64,000 nt of DNA from Eledone cirrhosa (taxonomy: Eukaryota): contig OZ024740.1 of the NCBI GenBank assembly GCA_964016885.1, positions 24,490,001-24,554,000 of the forward strand, written 5' to 3'. The position numbers were made by a program, and so were the translations under genes. The notes under the pieces are model-generated. The model was given only the letters and a program-made list of their open reading frames with translations, did no database searches and was not told the DNA's origin. Positions within the stretch are counted from its first letter, which is position 1. Each line of letters opens with the position of its first letter. Shown one piece after another: positions 29,501-44,700 of this stretch.

Positions 29501-32500
29501 GGAAACTAGAGAGGTAGAGATGGAGAGACATATAGATAAATAGGACAGAAGGAAACTAGAGAGTTAGAGATGGAGAGACATATAGATAAATAGGACAGGT
29601 GGAAACTAGAGAGTTACAGATTGAGAGATATATAGATAAATAGGACAGTAGGAAACTAGAGAGCTAGAGATGGAGAGACATATAGATAAATAGGACAGAA
29701 GGAAACTAGAGAGTTAGAGATGGAGAGACATATAGATAAATAGGACAGAAGGAAACTAGAGAGTTACAGATTGAGAGATATATAGATAAATAGGACAGTA
29801 GGAAACTAGAGAGCTAGAGATGGAGAGACATATAGATAAATAGGACAGAAGGAAACTAGAGAGCTAGAGATATAAAGACATATAGATAAATAGGACAGAA
29901 GGAAACTAGAGAGTTAGAGATGGAGAGACATATAGATAAATAGGAAAGAAGGAAACTATAGAGTTAGAGATGAAGAGACATATAGATAAATAGGACAGAA
30001 GTAGACTAGAGAGTTAGAGATGGAGAGATATATAGATAAATAGGACAGAAGGAAACTAGATAGCTAGAGATGGAGAGACATACAGATAAATAGCACAGGA
30101 GGAAACTATAGAGGTAGAGATGGAGCGACATCTAGATAAATAAGACAGAAGGAAACTAGAGAGTTAGAGATGGAGAGACATATAGATATATAGGACAGAA
30201 GGAAACTAGAGATCTAGAGATGCAGACATATAGATAAATAGGACAAGAGGAAACCAGAGAGCGAGAGATGGATGAGACATATAGAAAAATAGGACAGAAG
30301 GAAACTAGAGAGTTAGGGATGGAGAGACATATAGAACATAGGACAGAAGGAAAATAGAGAGTGAGAAATGGAGAGACATATAATTAAATAGGACAGAAGG
30401 AAAGGAGAGAGTTAGAGATAGAGATACATATAGATAAATAGGACAGAAGGAAACTAGAGAGTTAGAGATGGAGAGACATATAGATAAATAGGACAGAAGG
30501 AAACTAGAGATTTAGAGATAGAGAGACATATAGATAAATAGGACAGAAGGAAACTAGAGAGTTAGAGAGGGAGAGACATATTTATAAATAAGACAGAAGG
30601 AAACTAGAGAGTTTGAGATGGAGACACATATAGATACAGAGGACAGAAGGAAACTAGAGAGCTAGAGATGGAGAGACATATAGAAAAATAGGACAGAAGG
30701 AAACTAGACAGATTGAGAGGGATAGACATATAGATAAATAGGACAGAAGTAAAGTAGAGAGCTAGAGATGGAGAGACATCGAGATAAATAGTACAGAAGG
30801 AAACTAGAGAGTTAGGGATGGAGAGACATATAGATAAATAGGACAGAAGGAAAGTAGAGAGCTAGAGATGGAGAGACATCTAGATAAATAGTACAGAAGG
30901 AAACTAGAGATTTAGAGACGGAGAGACATATAGATAAATAGGACAGAAGGAAACTAGAGAGTTAGAGATGGAGCCACATATAGATAAATAACACAGAACG
31001 AAACTAGAGAGTTAGAGATGGAGAGACACATAGATATATAGGACAGAAGGTAATTAGAGATCTAGAGATGCAGCCATATAGATAAATAGGACAAGAGGAA
31101 ACTAGAAAGGTAGAGATGTAGAGACATATAGATAAATAGGACAGAAGGAAACTAGAGAGTTAGAGATGGAGAGACATATAGATAAATAGGACAGTAGGAA
31201 ACTAGAGAGTTAGAGATGGAGAGACATAGAGACAAATAGGACAGAAGGAAACTAGAGAGCTAGATATGCAGAGACATATAGATACATAGGACAGAAGGTA
31301 ACTAGAGAGTTAGAGATGGAGAGACATATAGAAAAATAGGACAGAAGGAAACTAGAGAGCTAGTGATGCAGAGACATATAGATAAATAGGACAGAAGGAA
31401 AGTAGAGAGATAGAGATGGAGAGACATCTAGATTAAAAGTACAGAAGGAAACTAGAGAGATAGAGATGGATAGACATATAGATAAATAGGACAGAAGGAA
31501 AGTAGAGAGCTAGAGATGGAGAGATATCTAGATAAATATTACAGAAGGAAACTAGAGAGTTAGAGATGGAGAGACATATAGATAAATAGGACAGAAGGTA
31601 ATTAGAGATCTAGAGATGCAGCCATATAGATAAATAGGACAAGAGGAAACTAGAGAGTTAGAGATGGAGAGACATATAGATAAATAGGCAGAAGTAAACT
31701 AGAGAGATAGAGATGTAGAGACATATAGATAAATAGGACAGAAGGAAACTAGAGAGTTAGAGATGGAGAGACATATAGATAAATAGGACAGAAGGAAACT
31801 AGAGAGTTACAGATTGAGAGATATATAGATAAATAGGACAGTAGGAAACTAGAGAGCTAGAGATGGAGAGACATATAGATAAATAGGACAGAAGGAAACT
31901 AGAGAGCTAGAGATATAAAGACATATAGATAAATAGGACAGAAGGAAACTAGAGAGTTAGAGATGGAGAGACATATAGATAAATAGGACAGAAGGAAACT
32001 AGAGAGCTAGAGATGCAGAGACATATAGATAAATAGGACAGGAGGAAACTAGAGAGGTAGAGATGGAGCGACATATAGATAAATAAGACAGAAGGAAACT
32101 AGAGAGATAGAGATGGATAGACATATAGATAAATAGGACAGAAGGAAACTAGAGAGATAGAGATGGAGAGACATATAGATAAATAGGACAGAAGGAAACT
32201 AGAGAGATAGAGATGGATAGACATATAGATAAATAGGACAGAAGGAAAGTAGAGAGCTAGAGATGGAGAGACATCTAGATAAATAGTACAGAAGGAAACT
32301 AGAGATTTAGAGACGGAGAGACATATAGATAAATAGGACAGAAGGAAACTAGAGAGTTAGAGATGGAGCCACATATAGATAAATAACACAGAACGAAACT
32401 AGAGAGTTAGAGATGGAGAGACACATAGATATATAGGACAGAAGGTAATTAGAGATCTAGAGATGCAGCCATATAGATAAATAGGACAAGAGGAAACTAG

Positions 32501-35500
32501 AAAGGTAGAGATGTAGAGACATATAGATAAATAGGACAGAAGGAAACTAGAGAGTTAGAGATGGAGAGACATATAGATAAATAGGACAGTAGGAAACTAG
32601 AGAGTTAGAGATGGAGAGACATAGAGACAAATAGGACAGAAGGAAACTAGAGAGCTAGATATGCAGAGACATATAGATACATAGGACAGAAGGAAACTAG
32701 AGAGTTAGAGATGGAGAGACATATAGAAAAATAGGACAGAAGGAAACTAGAGAGTTAGAAATGGAGAGACATATAGATAAATAGGACAGAACGAAAGTAG
32801 AGAGCTAGAGATGGAGTGACATATAGATAAATAGGACAGAAGGAAACTAGAGAGCTAGAGATATAAAGACATATAGATAAATAGGACAGAAGGAAACTAG
32901 AGAGTTAGAGATGGAGAGACATACAGATAAATAGGACAGAAGGAAACTAGAGAGATAGAGATGGTGAGACATATAGATAAATAGGACAGAAGGAAACTAT
33001 AGAGTTAGAGATGGAGAGACATATAGATAAATAGGACAGAAGTAAACTAGAGAGTTAGAGATGGAGAGACATACAGATAAATAGGACAGAAGGAAACTAG
33101 AGAGTTAGTGATGCAGAGACATATAGATAAATAGGACAGGAGGAAACTATAGAGGTAGAGATGGAGCGACATCTAGATAAATAAGACAGAAGGAAACTAG
33201 AGAGTTAGAGATGGAGAGACATATAGATATATAGGACAGAAGGAAACTAGAGATCTAGAGATGCAGACATATAGATAAATAGGACAAGAGGAAACCAGAG
33301 AGCTAGAGATGGATGAGACATATAGAAAAATAGGACAGAAGGAAACTAGAGAGCTAGAGATGCAAGGACATATAGATAAATAGGACAGAAGGAAACTAGA
33401 GAGTTAGAGATGGAGAGACATATAGAAAAATAGGACAGAAGGAAAATAGAGAGTGAGAAATGGAGAGACATATAATTAAATAGGACAGAAGGAAAGGAGA
33501 GAACTAGAGATGGAGAAACATCTAGATAAATAGTACAGAAGGAAACTAGAGAGTTAGAGATGGAGATACATATAGATAAATAGGACAGAAGGAAACTAGA
33601 GAGTTAGAGATGTAGAGACATATAGATAAATAGGACAGAAGGAAACTAGAGAGTTAGAGATAGAGAGACATATAGATAAATAGGACAGAAGGAAACTAGA
33701 GAGTTAGAGAGGGAGAGACATATTTATAAATAAGACAGAAGGAAACTAGAGAGTTTGAGATGGAGAGACATATAGAAAAATAGGACAGAAGGAAACTAGA
33801 CAGATAGAGAGGGATAGACATATAGATAAATAGGACAGAAGTAAAGTAGAGAGCTAGAGATGGAGAGACATCTAGATAAATAGTACAGAAGGAAACTAGA
33901 GAGTTAGGGATGGAGAGACATATAGAAAAATAGGACAGAAGGAAACTAGACAGATAGAGAGGGATAGACATATAGATAAATAGGACAGAAGTAAAGTAGA
34001 GAGCTAGAGATGGAGAGACATCTAGATAAATAGTACAGAAGGAAACTAGAGAGTTAGGGATGGAGAGACATATAGAACATAGGACAGAAGGAAACTAGAG
34101 AGCTAGTGATGCAGAGACATATAGATAAATAGGACAGAAGGAAAGTAGAGAGCTAGAGATGGAGAGACATCTAGATTAAAAGTACAGAAGGAAACTAGAG
34201 AGATAGAGATGGATAGACATATAGATAAATAGGACAGAAGGAAACTAGAGAGTTAGAGACGGAGAGACATATAGATAAATAGGACAGAAGGAAACTAGAG
34301 AAGTAGAGATGGAGCCACATATAGATAAATAACACAGAACGAAACTAGAGAGTTAGAGATGGAGAGACATATAGATATATAGGACAGAAGGTAATTAGAG
34401 ATCTAGAGATGCAGCCATATAGATAAATAGGACAAGAGGAAACTAGAGAGGTAGAGATGTAGAGACATATAGATACATAGGACAGAAGGAAACTAGAGAG
34501 TTAGAGATGGAGAGACATATAGATAAATAGGACAGTAGGAAACTAGAGAGTTAGAGATGGAGAGACATATAGAAAAATAGGACAGAAGGAAACTAGAGTG
34601 CTAGATATGCAGAGACATATAGATAAATAGGACAGAACGAAAGTAGAGAGCTAGAGATGGAGAGACATCTAGATGTATAGTACAGAACGAAACTAGAGAG
34701 TTAGAGATGGAGAAACATATAGTAAATAGGAAAGAAGGAAACTAGAGCGTTAGAGATGGAGAGACATATAGATAAATAGGACAGAAGGAAACTAGAGAGT
34801 TAGAGATGGAGAGACATATAGCCAAATAGAACAGAACAAAACTAGAGAGTTAGAGATGGAAAGACATATAGATAAATAGGACAGAAGGAAACAAGAGAGT
34901 TTGAGATGGAGAGACATATAGGTAAATAGGTCAGAAGGAAACTAGAGAGTTAGAGATGGATTGACATATAGATAAATAGGACAGGAGGAAACTACAGAGC
35001 AAGATGTGCAGAGACATATAGATAAATAGGACAGGAGGAAACTATAGAGGTAGAGATGGAGCGACATCTAGATAAATAAGACAGAAGGAAAGTAGAGAGC
35101 TAGAGATGGAGAGACATATAGATAAATAGGACAGAAGGAAAGTAGAGAGCTAGAGATGGAGAGACATCTAGATAAATAGTACAGAAGGAAACTAGAGATT
35201 TAGAGACGGAGAGACATATAGATAAATAGGACAGAAGGAAACTAGAGTGCTAGAGATGAAGAGACATATAGATAAATAGGACAGGAGGAAACTAGAGAGC
35301 TAGAGATGCAGAGACATATAGATAAATAGGACAGGAGGAAACTAGAGAGTTAGAGAGGGAGAGACATATTTATAAATAAGACAGAAGGAAACTAGAGAGT
35401 TAGAGATGGAAAGACATATAGATAAATCGGACAGAAGGAAACTAGAGAGATAGAGATTCAGAGACATAGATAAATAGGACAGGTGGAAACAAGAGAGGTA

Positions 35501-35712
35501 GAGATGGAGCGACATATAGATAAATAAGACAGAAGGAAACGAGAGAGATAGAGATGAAGAGACATATAGATAAATAGGACAGAAGGAAACTAGAGAGTTA
35601 GAGATGGAGAGACATATAGATAAATAGGACAGAAGGAAACTAGAGAGCTAGAGATGCAGAGACATATAGATAAATATGACAGAAGGAACCTAGAGAGTTA
35701 GAGATGGAGAGA
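20124..35712 (+). repeat. 7,783-bp tandem duplication (about 156 monomers) x2
   Basis: GTTAGAAATG preceded by GAGT at 20,181 and 27,964. Identical ORFs at 25,913 and 33,696. A shared rare T at 26,940 and 34,723. Differences seen only at 20,234 and 30,061. Confidence 0.93.
25978..26293 (+). repeat. 150-bp trimer HOR x2 (second instance at about 33,761-34,076)
   Basis: The variant set CTAGACAGATAGAGAGGGATAG / GAAGTAAAGTAG / TTAGGGATGG repeats at offset 150 (25,981 and 26,131). Confidence 0.9.
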
Positions 35713-38700
35713 TATATAGATAAATAGAACAGAAAGAAACTAGAGAGCTACAAATGGAGAGACATATAGATAAATAGGACAGAAGGAAACTAGAGAGCTA
35801 GTGATGCAGAGACATATAGATAAATAGGACAGGAAGAAACTAGAGAGCTAGAGATGGAGCGACATATAGATAAATAACACAGAAGGAAACTAGACAGATA
35901 GAGATGGAGAGACATATAGATAAATAAGACAGAAGGAAACTAGAGAGTTAGAGATGGAGAGACATATAGATATATAGGACAGAAGGAAACTAGAGATCTA
36001 GAGTTGCAGACATATAGATAAATAGGACAAGAGGAAACCAGAGAGCTAGAGATGGATGAGACATATAGAAAAATAGGACAGAATGAAACTAGAGAGCTAG
36101 AGATGCAAAGACATATAGATAAATAGGACAGAAGGAAACTAGAGAGTTAGAGATGGAGAGACATATAGAAAAATAGGACAGAAGGAAAATAGAGAGTGAG
36201 AAATGGAGAGACATATAATTAAATATGACAGAAGGAAAGGAGAGAGCTAGAGATGGAGAAACATCTAGATAAATATTACAGAAGGAAACTAGAGAGTTAG
36301 AGATAGAGAGACATATAGATAAATAGGACAGAAGGAAACTAGAGAGTTAGAAATGGAGTGACATATTGATAAATAGGACAGAAGGAAACTACAGAGCTAG
36401 AGGTGCAGAGACATATAGATAAATAGGACAGAAGGAAACTAGAGAGTTAGAGATAGAGAGACATATAGATAAATAGGACAGAAGGAAACTAGAGAGATAG
36501 AGAGGGATAGACATATAGATAAATAGGACAGAAGGAAAGTAGAGAGTTAGAAATGGAGAGACATCTGGATAAATAGTACAGAAGGAAACTAGAGAGATAG
36601 AGAGGGATAGACATATAGATAAATAGGACAGAAGGAAAGTAGAGAGCTAGAGATGGAGAGACATCTAGATAAATAGTACTGAAGGAAACTAGAGAGTTAG
36701 GGATGGAGAGACATATAGAACATAGGACAGAAGGAAACTAGAGAGCTAGTGATGCAGAGACATATACATAAATAGGACAGAATGAAAGTAGAGAGCTAGA
36801 GATGGAGAGACATCTAGATTAAAAGTACAGAAGGAAACTAGAGAGATAGAGATCGATAGACATATAGATATATAGGACAGAAGGAAAGTAGAGAGCTAGA
36901 GATGGAGAGACATCTAGATAAATAGTGTAGAAGGAAACTAGAGAGTTAGAGATGGAGAGACATATAGAAAATTGGACAGAAGGAAACTAGAGAGTTAGAG
37001 ATGGAGAGACATATAGGAAATAGGACAGAAGGAAACTAGAGCGTTAGAGATGGAGAGACATATAGATAAATAGGACAGAAGGAAACTAGAGAGTTAGAGA
37101 TGCAGATATATAGATAAATAGGACAAGAGGAAACAAGAGGGGTAGAGATGGAGAGATGTATAGATAAATAGGACAGAAGGAAACTAGAGAGCTAGATATG
37201 CAGAGACATATAGATAAATATGACAGAAAGAAACTAGAGAGTTAGAGATGGAGAGACATATAGATATATAGGACAGAAGGTAATTAGAGATCTAGAGAGG
37301 CAGACATATAGATAAATAGGACAAGAGGAAACTAGAGAGGTAGAGATGGAGAGACATATAGATAAATAGGACACAATGAAACTAGAGAGTTAGAGATGGA
37401 GAGACATATAGATAAATAGGACAGTAGGAAACTAGAGAGTTAGAGATGGAGAGACATAGAAAAATAGGACAGAAGGAAACTAGAGAGCTAGATATGCAGA
37501 GACATATAGATAAATAGGACAGAAGTAAACTAGAGAGTTAGAGATGGAGAGACATATAGAAAAATAGGACAGAAGGAAACTAGAGAGTTAGAAATGGAGA
37601 GACATATAGATAAATAGGACAGAAGGAAAGTAGAGCGTTAGAGATGGAGAGACATATAGATAAATAGGACAGAAGGAAACTAGAGATGGAGAGACATCTA
37701 GATAAATAGTACAGAAGGAAACTAGAGAGTTAGAGATGGAGAGACATATAGATAAATAGGACAGAAGGAAACTAGAGAGTTAGAGATGCAGACATATAGA
37801 TAAATAGGACAAGAGGAAACTAGAGAGGTAGAGATGGAGAGATATATAGATAAATAGGACAGAAGGAAACTAGAGAGCTAGAGATGGAGAGACACCTAGA
37901 TAAATAACACAGAAAGAAACTAGAGAGTTAGAGATGGAGAGACATATAGATATATAGGACAGAAGGTAAATAGAGATCTAGAGATGCAGCCATATAGATA
38001 AATAGGACAAGAGGAAACTAGAGAGGTAGAGATGGAGAGACATATAGATAAATAGGACAGAAGGAAACTAGAGAGTTAGAGATGGAGAGACATATAGATA
38101 AATAGGACAGAAGGAAACTAGAGCGTTAGAGAGGGAGTGACATATAGATATATAGGACAGAAGGAAACTAGAGATCTAGAAATGCAGACATATAGATAAA
38201 TAGGTCAAGAGGAAACAAGAGAGGTAGAGATGCAAAGACATATAGATAAATAGGACAGAAGGAAACTAGAGATTTAGAGATGGACAGACATATAGATAAA
38301 TAAGAAAGAAGGAAACTAGAGAGTTAGAGATGGAGAGATATATGGATAAATAGGACAGAAGGAAATTAGAGATCTAGAGATGCAGAAATATAGATAAATA
38401 GGACAAGAGGAAGCTAGAGAGTTAGAGATGGAGAGACATATAGATACATAGGACAGAAGGAAACTAAAGTGTTAGAGATGGAGAGACATATAGATAAATA
38501 TGACAGAAGGAAACTAGAGAGCTAGTGATGCTGAGACATATAGATAAATAGGACAGGAGGAAACTAGAGAGGTAGAGATGGAGCCACATATAGATAAATA
38601 ACACAGAAAGAAACTAGAGAGTTAGAGATGGAGAGACATATAGATATATAGGACAGAAGGTAATTAGAGATCTAGAGATGCAGACATATAGATAATTAGG

Positions 38701-41700
38701 ACAAGAGGAAACTAGAGAGGTAGAGATGGAGAGACATATAGATAAATAGGACAGAAGGAAACTAGAGAGTTAGAGATGGAGAGACATATAGATAAACAGG
38801 ACAGTAGGAAACTAGAGAGTTAGAGATGGAGAGACATATAGAAAAATAGGACAGAAGGAAACTAGAGAGCTAGATATGCAGAGACATATAGATAAATAGG
38901 ACAGAAGGAAACTAGAGAGTTAAAGTTCGAGAGACATATAGAAAAATAGGACAGAAGGAAACTAGAGAGTTAGAAATGGAGAGACATATAGATAAATAGG
39001 ACAGAAGGAAAGTAGAGAGCTAGAGATGGAGAGACATATAGATAAATAATACAGAAGGAAACTAGAGAGTTAGAGATGGAGCATCATATAGGAAATAGGA
39101 CAGAAGGAAACTAGAGCGTTAGAGATGGAGAGACATATAGATAAATAGGACAGAAGGAAACTAGAGAGTTAGAGATGCAGACATATAGATAAATAGGACA
39201 AGAGGAAACTAGAGAGGTAGAGATGGAGAGATATATAGATAAATAGGACAGAAGGAAACTAGAGAGCTAGAGATGGAGAGACATCTAGATAAATAGTACA
39301 GAAGGAAACTAGAGAGTTAGAGATGGAGAGACATATAGTTAATTAGGACAGAAGGATACTAGAGAGTTAGAGATGGAAAGACATATAGATAAATATGACA
39401 GAAGGAAACTAGAGAGTGTGAGATGGAGAGACATATAGGTAAATATGTCAGAAGGAAACTAGAGAGTTAGAGATGGAGTGACATATAGATAAATAGGGCA
39501 GGAGGAAACTACAGAGCTAGAGGTGCAGAGACATATAGATAAATAGGACAGGAGGAAACTAGAGCGTTAGAGAGGGAGAGACATATAGATATATAGGACA
39601 AAAGGAAACTAGAGATCTAGAAATGCAGACATATAGATAAATAGGTCAAGAGGAAACAAGAGAGGTAGAGATGGAAAGACATATAGATAAATAGGACAGA
39701 AGGAAACTAGAGATTTAGAGATGGACAGACATATAGATAAATAAGAAAGAAGGAAACTAGAGAGTTAGAGATGGAGAGACATATAGATAAATAGGACAGG
39801 AGGAAACTATAGAGCTAGAGATGCAGAGATATATGGATAAATAGGACAGAAGGAAAGTAGAGAGCTAGAGATGGAGAGACATCTAGATGTATAGTACAGA
39901 AGGAAACTAGAGCGTTAGAGATGGAGAGACATATAGATAAATAGGACAGAAGGAAACTAAAGTGTTAGAGATGGAGAGACATATAGATAAATAGGACAGA
40001 AGGAAACTAGCGAGCTAGAGATGGAGAGACATATAGATAAATAGGACAGAACGAAACTAGAGAGCGAGATGTAGAGACATATATATAAATAGAACAGAAA
40101 GAAACTGGAGAGTTAGAGATGGAGAGACATATAGATAAATAGGACAGAAGGAAACTAGAGAGTTAGAGATGGAAAGACATATAGATAAATAGGACATAAA
40201 GAAACGAGAGAGCTAGAGATGTAGAGACATATAGATGCATTGGACAGAAGGAAACTAGAGAGTTAGAGATGGAGAGACATATAGATATATAGGACAGAAG
40301 GAAACTAGAGAGTTAGAAATGCAGGGTCATATAGATAAATAGGACAGTAGGAAACTAGAGAGTTAGAGATCGAGAGACATATAGATAAATAGGACAGAAG
40401 GAAACTAGAGAGTTAGAGAGGGAGAGACATATTTATAAATAAGACAGAAGGAAACTAGAGAGTTAGAGATGGAAAGACATATAGATAAATCGGACAGAAG
40501 GAAACTAGAGAGTTAGAGATGGAGAGACATATAGAAAAATAGGACAGAAGGAAAATAGAGAGTGAGAAATGGAGAGACATATAATTAAATAGGACAGAAG
40601 GAAAGGCGAGAGCTAGAGATGGAGAAACATCTAGATAAATAGTACAGAAGGAAACTAGAGAGTTAGAGATGGAGAGACATATAGAAAATAGGACAGGAGG
40701 AAACTAGAGCGTTAGAGATGGAGAGACATATAGATAAATAGGACAGAAGGAAACTAGAGAGTTAGAAATGGAGTGACATATAGATAAATAGGACAGAAGG
40801 AAATTACAGAGCTAGAGGTGCAGAGACATATAGATAAATAGGACAGAAGGAAACTAGAGAGATAGAGAGGGATAGACATATAGATAAATAGGACAGAAGG
40901 AAAGTAGAGAGTTAGAAATGGAGAGACATCTAGATAAAAAGTACAGAAGGAAACTAGAGAGATAGAGAGGGATAGACATATAGATAAATAGGACAGAAGG
41001 AAAGTAGAGTACTAGAGATGGAGAGACATCTAGATAAATAATACAGAAGGAAACTAGAGAGTTAGGGATGGAGAGACATATAGAACATAGGAGAGAAGGA
41101 AACTAGAGAGCTAGTGATGCAGAGACATATAGATAAATAGGACAGAAGGAAAGTAGAGAGCTAGAGATGGAGAGACATCTAGATTAAAAGTACAGAAGGA
41201 AACTAGAGAGATAGAGATGTATAGACATATAGATAAATAGGACAGAAGGAAAGTAGAGAGCTAGAGATGGAGAGACATCTAGATAAATAGTACAGAAGGA
41301 AACTAGAGAGTTAGATATGGAGAGACATATAGAAAATTGGACAGAAGGAAACTAAAGTGTTAGAGATGGAGAGAGATATAGATAAATAGGACAAAAGGAA
41401 ACTAGAGAGTTAGAGATGCAGACATATAGATAAATAGGACAAGAGGAAACTAGAGAGGTAGAGATGGAGAGACATATAGATAAATAGGACAGAAGGAAAC
41501 TAGAGAGTTAGAGATGGAGAGACATATAGACAAATAAGACACAAGGAAACTAGCGAGCTAGAGATGGAGAGACATATAGATAAATAGGACAGAAGGATAC
41601 TAGAGAGTTAGAGTTGGAAAGACATATAGATAAATAGGACAGAAGGAAACTAGAAAGTTAGAGATGGAGAGACATATAGAAAAATAGGACATAAGGAAAC

Positions 41701-44700
41701 TAGAGAGTTTGAGATGGAGAGACATATAGGTAAATAGGTCAGAAGGAAACTAGAGAGTTAGAGATGGAGTGACATATAGATACATAGGACAGAAGGAACC
41801 TACAGAGGTAGAGGTGCAGAGACATATAGATAAATAGGACTGAAGCAAACTAGAGAGTACGAGATGGAGAGACATATAGATAAATAGGACAGAAGGAAAC
41901 TAGAGAGCTAGAGATGCAGAGACATATAGATAAATAGGACAGAAGGAACTAGAGAAGTAGAGATGGAAAGACATATAGATAAAAAGGACAGAAGGAAACA
42001 AGAGAGCTAGAGATGTAGAGACATATAGATAAATAGGACAGAAGGAAACTAGAGAGTTATAGTTGGAGAGACATATAGATAAATAGGACAGAAGGAAACT
42101 AGAGAGTTAGAGACGGAGAGACATATAGGTATATAGGACAGAAGGAAACTAGAGAGCTAGAGATGCAGGGTCATATAGATAAATAGGACAGTAGGAAACT
42201 AGAGAGGTAGAGATCGAGAAACATATAGATAAATAGGACAGAAGGAAACTAGAGAGTTAGAGAGGGAGAGACATATTTATAAATAAGACAGAAGGAAACT
42301 AGAGAGTTAGAGATGGAGAGACATATAGATAAATAGGACAGAAGAAACTAGAGAGTTAGAGATGGAGAGATATATAGATAAATAGGACAGAAGGAAACTA
42401 GAGAGCTAGAGATACAGAGACATATAGATAAATAGGACAGAAGGAAACTAAAGAGTTAGAGAGGGAGAGACATATAGATACAGAGGACAGAAGGAAACTA
42501 TAGAGGGAGAGATGCAGAGATGTATAGATAAATAGGACAGAAGGAAACTAGAGAGGTGGAGATGGAGCGACATATAGATAAATAAGACAGAAGGAAACTA
42601 GAGAGATAGAGATGGAGAGATATATAGATAAATAGCACAGAGGGAAACTAGAGAGTTAGAGATGGAGAGACATATAGATAAATAGGACAGAAGGAAACTA
42701 GAGAGTTAGAGATGGAGAGACATATAGATAAATAGGACAGAAGGAAATTAGAGAGCTAGATTTGCAGAGACATATAGATAAATAAGACAGAAGGAAACTA
42801 GAGAGTTAGAAATGGAGTGACATATTGATAAATAGGACAGAAGGAAACTACAGAGCTAGAGGTGCAGAGACATATAGATAAATAGGACAGAAGGAAACTA
42901 GAGAGTTAGAGATAGAGAGACATATAGATAAATAGGACAGAAGGAAACTAGAGAGATAGAGAGGGATAGACATATAGATAAATAGGACAGAAGGAAAGTA
43001 GAGAGTTAGAAATGGAGAGACATCTAGATAAATAGTACAGAAGGAAACTAGAGAGATAGAGAGGGATAGACATATAGATAAATAGGACAGAAGGAAAGTA
43101 GAGAGCTAGAGATGGAGAGACATCTAGATAAATAGTACTGAAGGAAACTAGAGAGTTAGGGATGGAGAGACATATAGAACATAGGACAGAAGGAAACTAG
43201 AGAGCTAGTGATGCAGAGACATATACATAAATAGGACAGAATGAAAGTAGAGAGCTAGAGATGGAGAGACATCTAGATAAAAAGTACAGAAGGAAACTAG
43301 AGAGATAGAGATCGATAGACATATAGATATATAGGACAGAAGGAAAGTAGAGAGCTAGAGATGGAGAGACATCTAGATAAATAGTGTAGAAGGAAACTAG
43401 AGAGTTAGAGATGGAGAGACATATAGAAAATTGGACAGAAGGAAACTAGAGAGTTAGAGATGGAGAGACATATAGATAAATAGGACAGAAGGAAACTAGA
43501 GAGTTAGAGATGCAGACATATAGATAAATAGGACAAGAGGAAACTAGAGAGGTAGAGATGGAGAGACATATAGATAAATAGGACACAATGAAACTAGAGA
43601 GTTAGAGATGGAGAGACATATAGATAAATAGGACAGTAGGAAACTAGAGAGTTAGAGATGGAGAGACATAGAAAAATAGGACAGAAGGAAACTAGAGAGC
43701 TAGATATGCAGAGACATATAGATAAATAGGACAGAAGAAAACTAGAGAGTTAGAGATGGAGAGACATATAGAAAAATAGGACAGAAGGAAACTAGAGAGT
43801 TAGAAATGGAGAGACATATAGATAAATAGGACAGAAGGAAAGTAGAGAGCTAGAGCTGGAGAGACATATAGATAAATAGTACAAAAGGAAACTAGAGAGT
43901 TAGAGATGGAGAAACATATAGGAAATAGGACAGAAGGAAACTAGAGCGTTAGAGATGGAGAGACATATAGATAAATAGGACAGAAGGAAACTAGAGAGTT
44001 AGAGATGCAGATATATAGATAAATAGGACAAGAGGAAACTAGAGAGGTAGAGATGGAGAGATATATAGATAAATAGGACAGAAGGAAACTAGAGAGCTAG
44101 AGATGGAGAGACATCTAGATAAATAGTACAGAAGGAAACTAGAGAGTTAGAGATGGAGAGACATATAGATAAATAGGACAGAAGGAAACTAGAGAGTTAG
44201 AGATGCAGACATATAGATAAATAGGACAAGAGGAAACTAGGGAGGTAGAGATGGAGAGATATATAGATAAATAGGACAGAAGGAAACTAGAGAGCTAGAG
44301 ATGGAGAGACATCTAGATAAATAACACAGAAAGAAACTAGAGAGTTAGAGATGGAGAGACATATAGATATATAGGACAGAAGGTAATTAGAGATCTAGAG
44401 ATGCAGCCATATAGATAAATAGGACAAGAGGAAACTAGAGAGGTAGAGATGGAGAGACATATAGATAAATAGGACAGAAGGAAACTAGAGAGTTAGAGAT
44501 GGAGAGACATATAGATAAATAGGACAGAAGGAAACTAGAGCGTTAGAGAGGGAGTGACATATAGATATATAGGACAGAAGGAAACTAGAGATCTAGAAAT
44601 GCAGACATATAGATAAATAGGTCAAGAGGAAACAAGAGAGGTAGAGATGCAAAGACATATAGATAAATAGGACAGAAGGAAACTAGAGATTTAGAGATGG

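Noticed and set aside
2776-33971. Nine minus-strand ORFs of 67-91 aa rich in Ser/Leu/Tyr/Ile
   Set aside because: They are translations of the pyrimidine strand of the satellite where variants removed a stop. The 50-bp unit is not a multiple of 3, and identical ORFs simply track HOR copies.
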